Source: Bacteroidota bacterium
Lineage (GTDB): Bacteria; Bacteroidota; Ignavibacteria; UBA10030; UBA8401
Assembly (NCBI GenBank): GCA_021796215.1
Contig: JAJYOK010000004.1
Location: 30,217-94,216 of the forward strand
DNA length: 64,000 bases
Direction: 5' to 3'
Made by a program: the position numbers and the translations under genes. The notes beneath the pieces are model-generated. The model made no database searches. It saw nothing but the letters and a program-made list of their open reading frames with translations, and was not told where the DNA came from. How positions within the stretch are numbered: position 1 is the stretch's first letter; each line of letters starts with the position of its first letter. Shown in pieces: positions 28,385 through 39,026 of the stretch.

Positions 28385-28744
28385 TCACACTTGTGTTTTT
28401 TCTCTCTGGCTTTTCGGCAGGCTCGCTGCGACAAGTTCAAACGAGTGATCAATCATCGTTAAGAGTTCTTTGTCGGAAATAGAGCCGTCTATTATTATTG
28501 TATTCCAATGCTTCTTGTTCATGTGGTACCCTGGTGTTACGGCGCGATAGCGCTCGCGCAAATCCAGCGCCAGCGACGGCTCGCATTTGAGATTAATCGT
28601 GAGTGGAATATCATCAAGCATTACAAGAAGGAACATTTTTCCAAAAATCTTAAAGACGAGCGCACTTTCACCAAAAGGAAATTCCTCGGTTATTTTTCCT
28701 TTCTTTCTCAAACAATGCCGTCGGATCGCTTCCAAGTCCATCAC
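28385..28744 (-). CDS. MmcQ/YjbR-family protein
   Basis: 119 aa. The MDLEAIRRHCLRKKGKITEEFPFGESALVFKI... pattern fits the MmcQ/YjbR family. Confidence 0.55.
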   Translation of the reverse strand: MMDLEAIRRHCLRKKGKITEEFPFGESALVFKIFGKMFLLVMLDDIPLTINLKCEPSLALDLRERYRAVTPGYHMNKKHWNTIIIDGSISDKELLTMIDHSFELVAASLPKSQREKTQV

Positions 28745-28899
28745 AATAACATTTGTATAACTTCTCCTTCGTTTCTTTTAAAAATACGAAGGAGGTTTAT
28801 TGGATAAGTGGTTTGTTGGATTGACGAAAAAAAAATCCAATGATCCAGCAATCTTCGCTAATTGCAACTCCCGCGGAGTTCTCATCTTCTGAACTTCTT

Positions 28900-30780
28900 T
28901 TACAATGTGTCCCCGCGGAGCATCCGGATACGTTTCCGCGCTTCGTTAACGTACAGCGACTGCGGGTACGATGCAAGGAGTTGCTCATACGCTTGTATTG
29001 CTTTTTCTTTATTATGAAAAGTATTTTGATAAAGCTCGGCTATCTTGAACTGTACCTTGTCGCGCAGAATACTGTTCGGATAATCGGCAAGCAGCTTTTG
29101 ATACGCCGTCAATGCGCTGTCTTCCTTTGCGAGCGTTGTAAGAATTTCTGCTTTCTTCACAAGCGCATCGTCCGCGAGCGGCGCTGCAGAATATAACCCG
29201 ATAATATCATCAAGGTTGGCAAGCGCCTCGTTCAATTTTTTCTGACGGACAAGAAATTCTGCGCTCGCATATTTGCGCAATGCGTCAGGATACGCGGCTT
29301 GGTTTTCATTGATGAAATACTGCAGCACCAATGCGTCGTTCGATTCATCTGTTCCAAGATTTGCAGTGAGCGGCTTCAATTCAGCAAGCGAACCGCTGAA
29401 ATCTCCTTTGAAATACTGAATCTCAGCAAGCCGGAATTGCGCCTGTGTTTTCTGCGCTGCCGCCGCATTTCGTGCCGACATCACGGCAAAGAACATTTTC
29501 GCCGCCTGTCCAAGATTCCCTTTGGCAATATAAATATCGCCTTTCGCCGCTTGAATGGTTGCCGCCATCGAATTATCGGGAATGAACACAAGCACCGAAT
29601 CGAATACCCGCAGTGCACCGTCAAGATCGAAAAACGAATGATACCGGATGTAACCGACACGATAGAGTGATTGCGCAGCGATTTCTGTTTTAGGATATTC
29701 CGCCGCTAACTTCATATACAAAGCAGCGGCGCCTTCATACGTCGGCTCGGATTCAAGGGGAAATGTCGAAGAGCTTTTGACCTCCTCATTTGCAGCAAGG
29801 GCGGCGCTGTCGCTTTGCGCGCTCAGTTCTTCAATGCACCGCGCATAACCGAACTTCGCCTGCGGAATGTAGGGAAGAGAAGAATGCTGAAAATCCTTTT
29901 GGGACTGGTCAATTGCAGCGCGATATGCTTTTGTGGCAACGGCGTATGCTTTGTCATGAAAAACGCGCTCCGCAAAACCGAACAATTCATTTCCGTTTGA
30001 GCTGATCATTCCTTCAAGCCGTTCAACAATTTCAAATGCTTTGCCGTAATGTTTTCCTTCCATGTACAGCCAAACGAGCAACCGCAATAAACCAATATTA
30101 TTCTTTTCTTTTGCAACAGTTGTTTCTGTTATGTGCACGGCTTCCGCAAGCCCCGCCTCTTTTGAAGTATAGAACGACATGCGCGATTCGACGTAACCAA
30201 GCTGACTGTCGTTTTGTTCAAGCAATTTCAAATATTCTTTTGTCGCATCGCTGTAATTCATCATCAACGCATAGAGCGATGCAAGTTCATTCACAAACAG
30301 TGAAGGATCATTCAGTTCTTGGCGGGCACGAAGATACGTCGCAATCGTTTTATCAAACAGCCGGTCTTGCGATTGAACTGAAGCTACAAGCCGGTACATT
30401 CCTAAATTTTTTGGCGCGAGCGCAATCACTGCATTCCACATTGAATCCGCCCTTGCTTCTTCGCTGTTGCTGTAGTACAAACTTCCCAATTCAACCATCA
30501 CGTTCGGATCGTTGTGAAAACGCTCCAAGCGTTGAAGACTGAGCTGGATTGCGTCGGAATAATTTTTCTGCATCGTATACGAACGCCAAAGCCCATCGAA
30601 GTACACATAATTTGATGAATCCGATGCAAGCAATTCCTGATACATTTGCACGGCTCTGTCAAATTCTCCCGCCTGTTCAAATGCCTGTGCAAGCTTCAGC
30701 TTGTTCACCGCATCAGGCGATTGAGATTGCGCCGTTGAAACAGCGATCATTATTCCTACAAGGATTGCAAAAGATTTCAT
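28900..30780 (-). CDS. Secreted tetratricopeptide-repeat protein
   Basis: The start is taken at MKSFAILVGIMIAVSTAQSQ (signal peptide, ATG at 30780). The track ORF extends to 30864. Multiple TPR-like repeats run throughout and the C-terminus is YbgF-like. Confidence 0.6.
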   Translation of the reverse strand: MKSFAILVGIMIAVSTAQSQSPDAVNKLKLAQAFEQAGEFDRAVQMYQELLASDSSNYVYFDGLWRSYTMQKNYSDAIQLSLQRLERFHNDPNVMVELGSLYYSNSEEARADSMWNAVIALAPKNLGMYRLVASVQSQDRLFDKTIATYLRARQELNDPSLFVNELASLYALMMNYSDATKEYLKLLEQNDSQLGYVESRMSFYTSKEAGLAEAVHITETTVAKEKNNIGLLRLLVWLYMEGKHYGKAFEIVERLEGMISSNGNELFGFAERVFHDKAYAVATKAYRAAIDQSQKDFQHSSLPYIPQAKFGYARCIEELSAQSDSAALAANEEVKSSSTFPLESEPTYEGAAALYMKLAAEYPKTEIAAQSLYRVGYIRYHSFFDLDGALRVFDSVLVFIPDNSMAATIQAAKGDIYIAKGNLGQAAKMFFAVMSARNAAAAQKTQAQFRLAEIQYFKGDFSGSLAELKPLTANLGTDESNDALVLQYFINENQAAYPDALRKYASAEFLVRQKKLNEALANLDDIIGLYSAAPLADDALVKKAEILTTLAKEDSALTAYQKLLADYPNSILRDKVQFKIAELYQNTFHNKEKAIQAYEQLLASYPQSLYVNEARKRIRMLRGDTL

Positions 30781-30906
30781 ATTGAAGAAATATACCAAAT
30801 TTTGTTCCGTTTTCAATACATCCACGCAGCGCTCACTTGCGGTATAGTTTTGATTCCTGTACATTTCTCAAACCTATTTAACTGATAACAACTCTATGGA
30901 GTTCAA

Positions 30907-31794
30907 ATGAAAACGTGCCTGTTTTTTTTCACCCTTCTTATTGCCGCATCCCCTTTGCCATCTCAAACGTTGTCAACGCGCTACGGAACCTACGGCACGC
31001 TGATCGTCACACAGCTTTCCACTGCACCGTTCCCTCATCCGCAGAGAGCAAACGGACACATGTACGACAGCACGCTGTATTCTGCCGCAGAACATTACAG
31101 CGACAGCAGTGTTGCAATTTTTATTCCGAAGGGATTTCGAAAAACCGCAAGCACGGATTTTGTCGTTCATTTCCACGGCTGGAATAACAACATTGATTCC
31201 GTGCTCGCTCAGTACCATCTTATAGAACAATTTTCCTCCAGCAAAAAAAATGCAATTCTTATTGTACCGCAGGGGCCGCGCAATGCGCCTGATTCTTTCG
31301 GTGGAAAATTAGAAGACAAGGACGGATTCAAAAAATTTATGGCTGACATTGTGAAGCTGCTTGTTAAAGAGAAAAAGATTCGGACATCAAGAATTGGAAA
31401 TATTATTCTATCCGGGCACAGCGGCGGCTATCATGTCATTTCATTTATTCTGATGCGCGGCGGATTGACGAATCACATTCGGGAAGTGTATCTTTTCGAT
31501 GCGCTGTACGGCGAAACGGAGAAATTTGTGTACTGGTTTACGCATCAGAATGGAAAACTTATTGACATTTACACGCAGGATGGCGGCACGAAAGCTGAGA
31601 CAGAAAGCTTGATTGATGATCTAAACGGCTGGAATATTCCGTGCTTTGCACGCAACGAGGCCGACGCTTCACCGCGTGATTTACGAACTCATCGTCTTGT
31701 GTTTCTCTTTTCAGACCTCATACACAATGAAGTCGTGAGCGCGCATAACAATTTCGAACAGTATCTCAAGGCAAGCATTTTGAAGAATAAATGA
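30907..31794 (+). CDS. Secreted alpha/beta-hydrolase-fold protein (putative esterase)
   Basis: 295 aa with a signal peptide, a nucleophile elbow GHSGG (LSGHSGGYH) and no other family match by eye. Confidence 0.5.
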   Translation: MKTCLFFFTLLIAASPLPSQTLSTRYGTYGTLIVTQLSTAPFPHPQRANGHMYDSTLYSAAEHYSDSSVAIFIPKGFRKTASTDFVVHFHGWNNNIDSVLAQYHLIEQFSSSKKNAILIVPQGPRNAPDSFGGKLEDKDGFKKFMADIVKLLVKEKKIRTSRIGNIILSGHSGGYHVISFILMRGGLTNHIREVYLFDALYGETEKFVYWFTHQNGKLIDIYTQDGGTKAETESLIDDLNGWNIPCFARNEADASPRDLRTHRLVFLFSDLIHNEVVSAHNNFEQYLKASILKNK

Positions 31795-31833
31795 TTTCGC
31801 GTGGAAATATTAAGAGGATTTTTTAGAAAAAAT

Positions 31834-34071
31834 CTACAGCATTTCTACTAATCGCTGCTTCAGCATCGTGTTTCGCTCGCGCACGTCATTATTTCTGACG
31901 GCTATGGCGAGCGCTTTCGTTTCGCCGACAAGGATAAGCAGCTCGCGCGCACGGGTGACGGCGGTATAGACAAGATTCCGTTGCAGCATAATGTAATGTG
32001 TCGTTGACAGCGGCACAATTACCGCTTTGAATTCATTCCCCTGGCTTTTGTGAATCGTCATCGCATACGCCAGCGTCAATTCATCGAGATGTTCGAAATC
32101 ATATTCAACAGTGCGCCCGTAAAAATTCACAAGCAGCAATCCTTCCTCTTTATCAACGCCTGCAACGCGGCCGATGTCGCCGTTGAATATATCCTTGTCA
32201 TAATTATTTTTTACCTGCATCACTTTATCGCCGTATAGAAATTTTCGCTCGCTTCCCTGCCAGCAGATTTTTGCGTGGCCGTTCAGTGCGTGTTGCAGCG
32301 CTTTGTTCAATTCGCGAACGCCGGATAACGACTGATGCATCGGCGAAAGCACCTGAATATCTTCGAACGCATCATAACGAAAATTCTGCGGGAGAATTGT
32401 CGAACACAAGCCGACAACTTTTTTCTGAATCTCGTCCTGCGAACTTTCTTCAATCAACTGAAAATCAGCGCTGAACTTCGGCGCTTCGCCTTGATTGATC
32501 CGGTGTGAATTAAGAATGATCGAGCTTTGTTCCGCTTGTCGGAAAATTGTATCGAGCCGTACGGTGAGTATTTTTTCCGATTCAATCAAATCGCGCAGAA
32601 CTTGCCCTGGTCCGACCGATGGAAGCTGGTCAACATCTCCCACCAGCACAAGCTGCGACTCCGGTTTTACTGCGGCAAGAAGCGCGGCGAATAATTGAAT
32701 ATCAACCATGGACATTTCATCCACGATGAGCAAACTGCAATCAAGCGGCGATTCAGCATCGCGCCGGAATAATCCGGATTGCGGTTCATACTCAAGCAAG
32801 CGATGAATTGTCTTCGCTTCACGGCCCGTCAAATCTGCAAGACGCTTCGCCGCGCGCCCGGTTGGTGCGCACAGTAAATAACCCACGCCCAGCTCATCGG
32901 CAAGTTCGATGATGCCGTTCACGCAAAGAGTTTTTCCTGTACCCGGACCGCCGGTGAGAATGGTGACCGGCTGCTGGATGGCGTGAAGAATCGCATCGCG
33001 CTGTTTTATATCGAATGCAATTTTGTGGCGATGTTCAAGGTGCGAGAGTGATAGAGATAATTTCTCGTTTGAAAATGGTTTCGCCCCTTTGCGAAGAAGC
33101 TGTTCCAGCTTTCGTGCGGATTCTTTTTCTGCTTCGTGAAGCGGGAAAGGAAAAAGCCGTTCACCTTCTTCAACAAGAAAATTGTTATGAATACTGGAAA
33201 CGGCGGCGCGCTCAATCTTCGCTTCATCAACAGAAAGCAGTTCCGCGGCGCGGCGAACGAGTTCTTCTTTCGGAAGATAACAGTGCCCGGCAGCGCGGCA
33301 CGCTTCGTCCAGCACAAATCGGATTCCCGCTTCAAGCCGGTAACCGCTTTCTTTTTCAACGCCGATTTTCTGCGCAATCGAATCGGCGATCTGAAATCCG
33401 ATTCCGGAAATATCCTGAATAAGCTGGTACGGATTATTCTGCACAACGCCGACAGCACCGTTGCCGTACGTCTTAAAAATTTTTATCGCATGGCTCGTGC
33501 CGATGTCGTACGATTTTAAAAATGCAAGCACATCCTGCATTGCCCGCATTGTTGAAGCCGCCTCGGTAATCATTACCAGCTTCTTTCTGCCGACACCTTC
33601 CACTTCTAATAATCGGTTCGGAGTTTTTTCCAGAATTTCTAAAGTTTTTGTCCCGAATTTTTTCACGATGCGTGAAGCAAACGCAGGTCCGATGCCGCGA
33701 ATCAATCCGGATGCAAGATATTCCTCAATACCGTGCAGCGATGTCGGTGCGTGAACTTCGTACTGCTCAAACTGAAATTGCTTTCCGTATTTTGCATGTG
33801 TTACCCATTTCCCCGTTACGGAATAGGTATCTCCTTCATGCGGCTGCATCATGTACCCGACAATCGAGATCGTCGTGCCGTCGGCTTTCAATCCCGCCTG
33901 CGGCTGAGCTTTCAGCAATCCGATGAGATAACCGTTCTCGTCATTCTGGTAGATGATTTTGTGAAGAACGCCGTGGAAAGTTTCGGGGTTAGAGCTTCGA
34001 TTTTTAAGTCTAAAGTTCAAAGTTCTTAGTCCAAAGTTTTTCTCTGGTTCATAATTCAGGATTTCTCCCAC
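31834..34071 (-). CDS. recD2: ATP-dependent RecD-like DNA helicase (RecD2 / helicase superfamily 1)
   Basis: 745 aa with a Walker A motif (LTGGPGTGKT), SF1 motifs (LVGDVDQLPSVGPG, TIHKSQG) and N-terminal HhH/OB-like regions typical of RecD2. Confidence 0.8.
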   Translation of the reverse strand: MGEILNYEPEKNFGLRTLNFRLKNRSSNPETFHGVLHKIIYQNDENGYLIGLLKAQPQAGLKADGTTISIVGYMMQPHEGDTYSVTGKWVTHAKYGKQFQFEQYEVHAPTSLHGIEEYLASGLIRGIGPAFASRIVKKFGTKTLEILEKTPNRLLEVEGVGRKKLVMITEAASTMRAMQDVLAFLKSYDIGTSHAIKIFKTYGNGAVGVVQNNPYQLIQDISGIGFQIADSIAQKIGVEKESGYRLEAGIRFVLDEACRAAGHCYLPKEELVRRAAELLSVDEAKIERAAVSSIHNNFLVEEGERLFPFPLHEAEKESARKLEQLLRKGAKPFSNEKLSLSLSHLEHRHKIAFDIKQRDAILHAIQQPVTILTGGPGTGKTLCVNGIIELADELGVGYLLCAPTGRAAKRLADLTGREAKTIHRLLEYEPQSGLFRRDAESPLDCSLLIVDEMSMVDIQLFAALLAAVKPESQLVLVGDVDQLPSVGPGQVLRDLIESEKILTVRLDTIFRQAEQSSIILNSHRINQGEAPKFSADFQLIEESSQDEIQKKVVGLCSTILPQNFRYDAFEDIQVLSPMHQSLSGVRELNKALQHALNGHAKICWQGSERKFLYGDKVMQVKNNYDKDIFNGDIGRVAGVDKEEGLLLVNFYGRTVEYDFEHLDELTLAYAMTIHKSQGNEFKAVIVPLSTTHYIMLQRNLVYTAVTRARELLILVGETKALAIAVRNNDVRERNTMLKQRLVEML

Positions 34072-35168
34072 AGATCTTTCTTATCTTCTATCTTCCATTT
34101 TTCATTCACTAATCTCTTCTTCACCTCCCGCAACACTTCTTCCACCGAAAGAAGTTTCATGCATTCCATATACTCATCTCCCGTGCGGTTGCAAACATTA
34201 AGATGGCACGGATGGCACGGAACGTCTTTTCGAAGCGCACTGTGTTTCGATGAGCCATCGGGAAATTCCTGTGTGTACGGAAACCAAATATTTTCTTCGC
34301 CGGGTCCAAAAATTCCGATCGTCGGAGTTCCAACTGCAACAGCAATGTGCATCGGTCCGCAGTCGTTCGTGACAAAAACAGAACATTGTGAAAGAACGGC
34401 CGCCAATTTCCGCAGCGGGAGAACCGGAAGCGTAAAAACTTTTCCCGACGCAAGCCGCTGCACTTTCTGTATAACGTCAAGATCATTTGGACCGGCGGTA
34501 AAAAATGCCGGTGTGCTCAACTCTTTTGCTATCCGGCCGCTCAACTCAGCAAATCGTTCCGGCAGCCACATTTTGCTGGGCCACGTCGCACCGGGATGAA
34601 TCGCAACTATCCGTTTCGTTACATCAATGCCCTGTTGTTTCAAGAACTCAAGCGCATCAGCTTTTTCTTTTCCTGTTAAAAATATTTCTGTCTTGTAATG
34701 CAGCGGTTGAATGCCTGCCGCTTTCAACGATTGGTAATGAAAATCAATTGCCGATTTGGGCGTTCCATCATCGCGGATGCGAATGGTATACAGCTTTCCC
34801 CGCAGGTGAAGGTCGCCGCCAACACGCACAGGAGCGCCCGTCGCAAATGTCAACAATGCGCTGCGCGGATTGCAAAACAGATCAATCGCAAGATCGAATT
34901 TTTTCTTCCGTAGAAGAGCCGCGATGCGCACCTGTTCAAGAAACGTGTTCCGGCTGAAAACCCCTTTGGAGCTGAAATTAAATGGAATAATTTCGTTGAG
35001 GTACGGATTATGTTCGAGCAGCGAAACGCTCTGCGCGTCGCCGAGATAAGCAAGGTACGCATCGGGAAATGTATCGCGAAGTGTCCGGATGAGCGGCGTC
35101 GTCAGCACAACATCGCCGATAAATTTCATCCGCGTCAGTAAAATACGGCGGAACGTTTTCTCCATCAA
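34056..35168 (-). CDS. Glycosyltransferase family 9 (ADP-heptose:LPS heptosyltransferase-like)
   Basis: 370 aa with the motifs RILLTRMKFIGDVVLTTPLIRTL and TNDCGPMHIAVAVGTPTIGIFGP. It overlaps recD2 by 16 nt. Confidence 0.8.
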   Translation of the reverse strand: MMEKTFRRILLTRMKFIGDVVLTTPLIRTLRDTFPDAYLAYLGDAQSVSLLEHNPYLNEIIPFNFSSKGVFSRNTFLEQVRIAALLRKKKFDLAIDLFCNPRSALLTFATGAPVRVGGDLHLRGKLYTIRIRDDGTPKSAIDFHYQSLKAAGIQPLHYKTEIFLTGKEKADALEFLKQQGIDVTKRIVAIHPGATWPSKMWLPERFAELSGRIAKELSTPAFFTAGPNDLDVIQKVQRLASGKVFTLPVLPLRKLAAVLSQCSVFVTNDCGPMHIAVAVGTPTIGIFGPGEENIWFPYTQEFPDGSSKHSALRKDVPCHPCHLNVCNRTGDEYMECMKLLSVEEVLREVKKRLVNEKWKIEDKKDLWEKS

Positions 35169-35177
35169 TCCTTCTTT

Positions 35178-36608
35178 TTATCTCCAGCGGTCAACAAAGT
35201 ATTGCCACGCATAATCGTTTATTGAATACGGCACGATATCATAATACACCGGCTCAGTGTCATCGCTCTGCGGAACCATCCTGAACGGAATCGAGAGCGT
35301 TGTGCTGCCAGCTGTGTAATACCAGGTTTCGTACAGCGAAGCCTGACAGTCAACATATTCGGGCGGCCCGCACACAAGGTACACAATTCCCATCGGAGTT
35401 TTCCACCCTTCCATACATGCAGTGAACAATTCGTTTGCTTCGCGCAACCGCTGCTGAAACGCCTGCATTTTTTCTGCCCCGCCGTGCCGCTTCCAAAAAC
35501 CGGCGATGATGGCAATACGCATGCTGTCGGTATGTGCGTTCAACAGACTATCCGTCTCAGAGCCGCGCGCCAGAAACAACATTGCATCTGCAAGCTCGGC
35601 GGGGGAGACGACGTCAGGAAACGACGGCGTTGTTACAAGCACTTTCAGCGAATTAACGGTGCTATCTGATATCCCGTTTCGTGTGCGTACAATTGTCCGG
35701 ACAATTTCAACATACCGCTCCGGCGGTTTCGGATAAAATTGTATAAGCTGCAATGTTCCGTTTGATGAAGCGGTCATTACCGAGTCCTTCCGGTACAGGA
35801 CGGAATCGAATTTTTGTCCGCATGGACTGAATCGCCGAAAATATCCGAGCGCCGTCGGTGCGGAATAATAATAAGGACGCGGCGGTGTGACTTTTGAAAC
35901 TCTGTACGAAAATGAAACGCGCAGTGAATCACCGGCGTGCACATTGTATACTTCCTGAAAAATTCCAAGCGAATCTTTCAGCAATGCGAGCGACGTTGGA
36001 AATGCCGGACGCAGAGAAATACCGTTTTTACCCGCGGTCACATTTTCAAGAAGAAGAAAATCGCTGGCAGCAATACTTGTATCCCCAAGTTGAAAACCCT
36101 TTTGGGGAGGATTTTCAATGTGAAAATTACGCGCCGTGATTTTTTTACGTCTGCGGTACTGTAGTCCTGAACCGTTATCAACCGCACTCATTTCAAGCAT
36201 GTATGTCCCCGGCGGCGCCGGTACCGTCAACAAAAATGCATCAATTTGTGACGACACTGATTCGTCGTACGTGCGCGCAGTGACCGAGCGCTGAACATCT
36301 TTTGACTGCAAAATATCGCCGTTTTCACTCCGGAGAACAACGGAAAACGTGTACGACCCGAAAAATCCGTTGTCAGCCTTTTCGAAATGAAGATGCTGAT
36401 ACGGAATACTGTAATAGACATCTATGCGCCCGCTGTCGCCCGATGCAACATTCATGATATACGAAGAGAACGTCGGCAGCGCTAGTTTTTTGTACTGCCG
36501 CGACACAAAACAATCGGAGATCGTCTCCGAACTTAATGAGCAGCCGCTCATCATCACAACACTGAGAACGGCACACATCAGAACGAATTGCAGCCGTTGT
36601 TTCATCAA
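35178..36608 (-). CDS. Lipoprotein with C-terminal GWxTD-like domain
   Basis: 476 aa with a lipobox (VVMMSGCSL). The C-terminal GWKTPMGIVYLVCGPPEYV resembles the GWxTD domain signature (GWxTD...Y..YG.P). Confidence 0.4.
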   Translation of the reverse strand: MMKQRLQFVLMCAVLSVVMMSGCSLSSETISDCFVSRQYKKLALPTFSSYIMNVASGDSGRIDVYYSIPYQHLHFEKADNGFFGSYTFSVVLRSENGDILQSKDVQRSVTARTYDESVSSQIDAFLLTVPAPPGTYMLEMSAVDNGSGLQYRRRKKITARNFHIENPPQKGFQLGDTSIAASDFLLLENVTAGKNGISLRPAFPTSLALLKDSLGIFQEVYNVHAGDSLRVSFSYRVSKVTPPRPYYYSAPTALGYFRRFSPCGQKFDSVLYRKDSVMTASSNGTLQLIQFYPKPPERYVEIVRTIVRTRNGISDSTVNSLKVLVTTPSFPDVVSPAELADAMLFLARGSETDSLLNAHTDSMRIAIIAGFWKRHGGAEKMQAFQQRLREANELFTACMEGWKTPMGIVYLVCGPPEYVDCQASLYETWYYTAGSTTLSIPFRMVPQSDDTEPVYYDIVPYSINDYAWQYFVDRWR

Positions 36609-38890
36609 TGGCCTCCCACGCGTTCTTCAACAAAACTGGACTCATCAATCCGTTCATCAATTTCTTGTTGAACGAATGTAGACGCGGCATAATTTTTTGC
36701 CTGCCAGAACATTGCCTTTGCCTGTTCGAACTCCCCGCTTCGATAGTACACTTCGCCGGCGCGCATTGCCGCGGCAAAACGAAGCACCGGATCATCGAAC
36801 TCGTTAATACCGCCGCTCCATAACTCTGCCGCATCCTGAAAGCGTTTCGTTCCATTTAATTCTTCCGCCATTAAATAATTTGCAATGGTACGTGTCGAAT
36901 TTTGCTGCTGAAGCCGAACGAGCATCGCCCGGCACGTAGAATCGTCGAGCTGCCCGTAATAAAAAAATTGGAGCGATTGGTTCAACTGCGGTTGTTCAAC
37001 GATCAAGCGCCGCAGTGCCGCTGTTTCTGAATACTGACCGCTGATATTCATTGACTCAATTTTCCGGTAACATTGCAGGGCTTCAAGCGGCTGCCCCTCC
37101 AGCCACAACGCATCGCCAAGAAGAAGCACAATCGCCGGGTTGAACCGAAGCATTGAACTGCCGGATAATTGACTAAATATTTCAATAACATGCTGCGGTT
37201 TCCTCTCCGCCAGCAGTGACTGAAACAGTCCCCGCAATGCAAACGCCGTCGGCGCTTCGTTATACGACGCCGAAAATTCATTTTCCGCCAGCGAATAATT
37301 TTTCACTTTGATTGCCTGTACGGCACGCGCGTTCCGTTCAGCCGTTACGCGTGCACAGACTTTATGAAAAATTGAAGGCTGTACAAATAAGGTTTCTACG
37401 GTTTCGCGCGGAAGAGAAGAATCATCAACTGAGCGGAGAAATTCTTTCCATTCACTGATAAGCACATCTATCGGCTCGCCATAGACGGTAACAAACGCGC
37501 CGGTTGGAAAAACACGCTTGAAGCGTTCAATGCCGGAGCGATCAATGAGAAACCGGCAAAAGGAGCCGGCAACAACATACGCGAATGCGCTTTGCTGTGT
37601 CATAAATCCCGTCGTTGAAAAAAGATTTTCTACTTGTCCCAACTCATGTTCGCGCAGCAGCGCTGCGGCATATTCATCCAGTGAATGATTTCCCCACCGC
37701 CAGTCAACAGCCATCGCAAGCCCTTCATTCAGCCCCATTTTATCGCTTGCCTCAATCACCGGCAATCCGAAATTTGCCGCCAGCGCATGCACCAGTTCGT
37801 GGCGGAACGTATCATGAAACGATGCCAGCGACAAGTGAATTTCGCGCAGCCACGGTTTTGTAATTTCGGTGTTCGCCGTTCCGATGAGCCGGCGCTTCGT
37901 TTCATCATTCGGATAGAGATAGACGGAAATTTTCTCGCCGGGCGGCAATATTTCCTGAAGGCGCTCAGAAACAATGCGGAACGCAAATTCTGCTTCAGCT
38001 TTCAACACCCTGACCTGCGGCGGCGAAAGTTTTTCTGGCGGCAAGTAAAAAATAAAATGTTCACTGATCGCCATTCCGCCAAGTTTTTGTTGAATCTCTT
38101 TAGCGGAAAATTCAATGTTCAGCGTATCGCGCGTGAAATGTCCGATCGCGAGCAGCGCAGCGCAGACGAGCGCTGCAGGAATCAGCACGCTGTCCCCTTT
38201 AAGCAAATGAAACTGCCGCAGGTTTTCGCGCAGTGATTGGCGCTTTGAATATTGTCCGAGGCAAAAGAAAAAAACAACGAAGAGCAGTAATGCGGCAATG
38301 AGCGTGAACTCGCGGAACAACACCAGCGTCGAAATATTATTCAACGTTTCGTCATATGTGAATCCGGGAAAATATCCGAGAATGAAATTGTACGCGAACA
38401 ACTGCGGCTTGAAATACGTTATGAACACAATCTGCAAAAGAATAACGATCACTGCCAACGTGTAGATGATGCGCGCATGCCGAAAGAACAACCTGATCAC
38501 CATCGCCAGCGCAACGGAAAAAATCATTGTGCAAACGGGAAGAAGAAGATAATACTCTGCACCCTGCACGAACGAACAATTCTTCACTGCAATCGCATTC
38601 ACGCTCATTGCAAAAAGCGGAATAACTAAAAGAAGTGCATTGACTTTCAGATAATCGAACGTAACGAACAGCCACGTGCGGCGCGTAAGTGGTTTTGTGA
38701 GATGGTCATTCAAAAAACTGATGGTGAGCATTCCGCTGATGAACGCAGTGGGAATCGTCATCAGTGCAGAAAATTCAAAGCCGAGATAATTAAAGAGCGG
38801 GACTTGCGTGAGCAAACCAGCGATGAGAAAATAAATCATCGCCATATTTTGGACAACGTGAAGACGGATGTAAGAGCGAAGAACGCGCAT
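36605..38890 (-). CDS. Polytopic membrane protein with HExxH...NEG peptidase-MA-like domain and C-terminal TPR region
   Basis: 761 aa with ~8 N-terminal TM helices. The central region carries HELVHALAANFG...MGLNEGLAMAV (gluzincin-like HExxH + E). C-terminal helical repeats follow. The start overlaps the GWxTD gene by 4 nt. Confidence 0.5.
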   Translation of the reverse strand: MRVLRSYIRLHVVQNMAMIYFLIAGLLTQVPLFNYLGFEFSALMTIPTAFISGMLTISFLNDHLTKPLTRRTWLFVTFDYLKVNALLLVIPLFAMSVNAIAVKNCSFVQGAEYYLLLPVCTMIFSVALAMVIRLFFRHARIIYTLAVIVILLQIVFITYFKPQLFAYNFILGYFPGFTYDETLNNISTLVLFREFTLIAALLLFVVFFFCLGQYSKRQSLRENLRQFHLLKGDSVLIPAALVCAALLAIGHFTRDTLNIEFSAKEIQQKLGGMAISEHFIFYLPPEKLSPPQVRVLKAEAEFAFRIVSERLQEILPPGEKISVYLYPNDETKRRLIGTANTEITKPWLREIHLSLASFHDTFRHELVHALAANFGLPVIEASDKMGLNEGLAMAVDWRWGNHSLDEYAAALLREHELGQVENLFSTTGFMTQQSAFAYVVAGSFCRFLIDRSGIERFKRVFPTGAFVTVYGEPIDVLISEWKEFLRSVDDSSLPRETVETLFVQPSIFHKVCARVTAERNARAVQAIKVKNYSLAENEFSASYNEAPTAFALRGLFQSLLAERKPQHVIEIFSQLSGSSMLRFNPAIVLLLGDALWLEGQPLEALQCYRKIESMNISGQYSETAALRRLIVEQPQLNQSLQFFYYGQLDDSTCRAMLVRLQQQNSTRTIANYLMAEELNGTKRFQDAAELWSGGINEFDDPVLRFAAAMRAGEVYYRSGEFEQAKAMFWQAKNYAASTFVQQEIDERIDESSFVEERVGGH

Positions 38891-39026
38891 GAAGATTCGA
38901 TGCCCGTGGTTTGAGGTTTGAGATCAGATTCAAGGTTCAAGTTTTACGTTTTTTGAACCGCCAAAAACCAGAACCACAAACCCCGAACCGACCAATTAAT
39001 TATTTTTCACAGAAAGATATAACTGC

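Noticed and set aside
38961-39000. Shared 11-mer AACCACAAACC between the intergenic region at 38968 and the mfd coding sequence at ~60064, with nearby CTCAAACC repeats
   Set aside because: The match is short and imperfect beyond 11 nt. The mfd copy is in-frame coding (the RPQTTNLKP linker). It is most likely coincidence rather than a repeat element.
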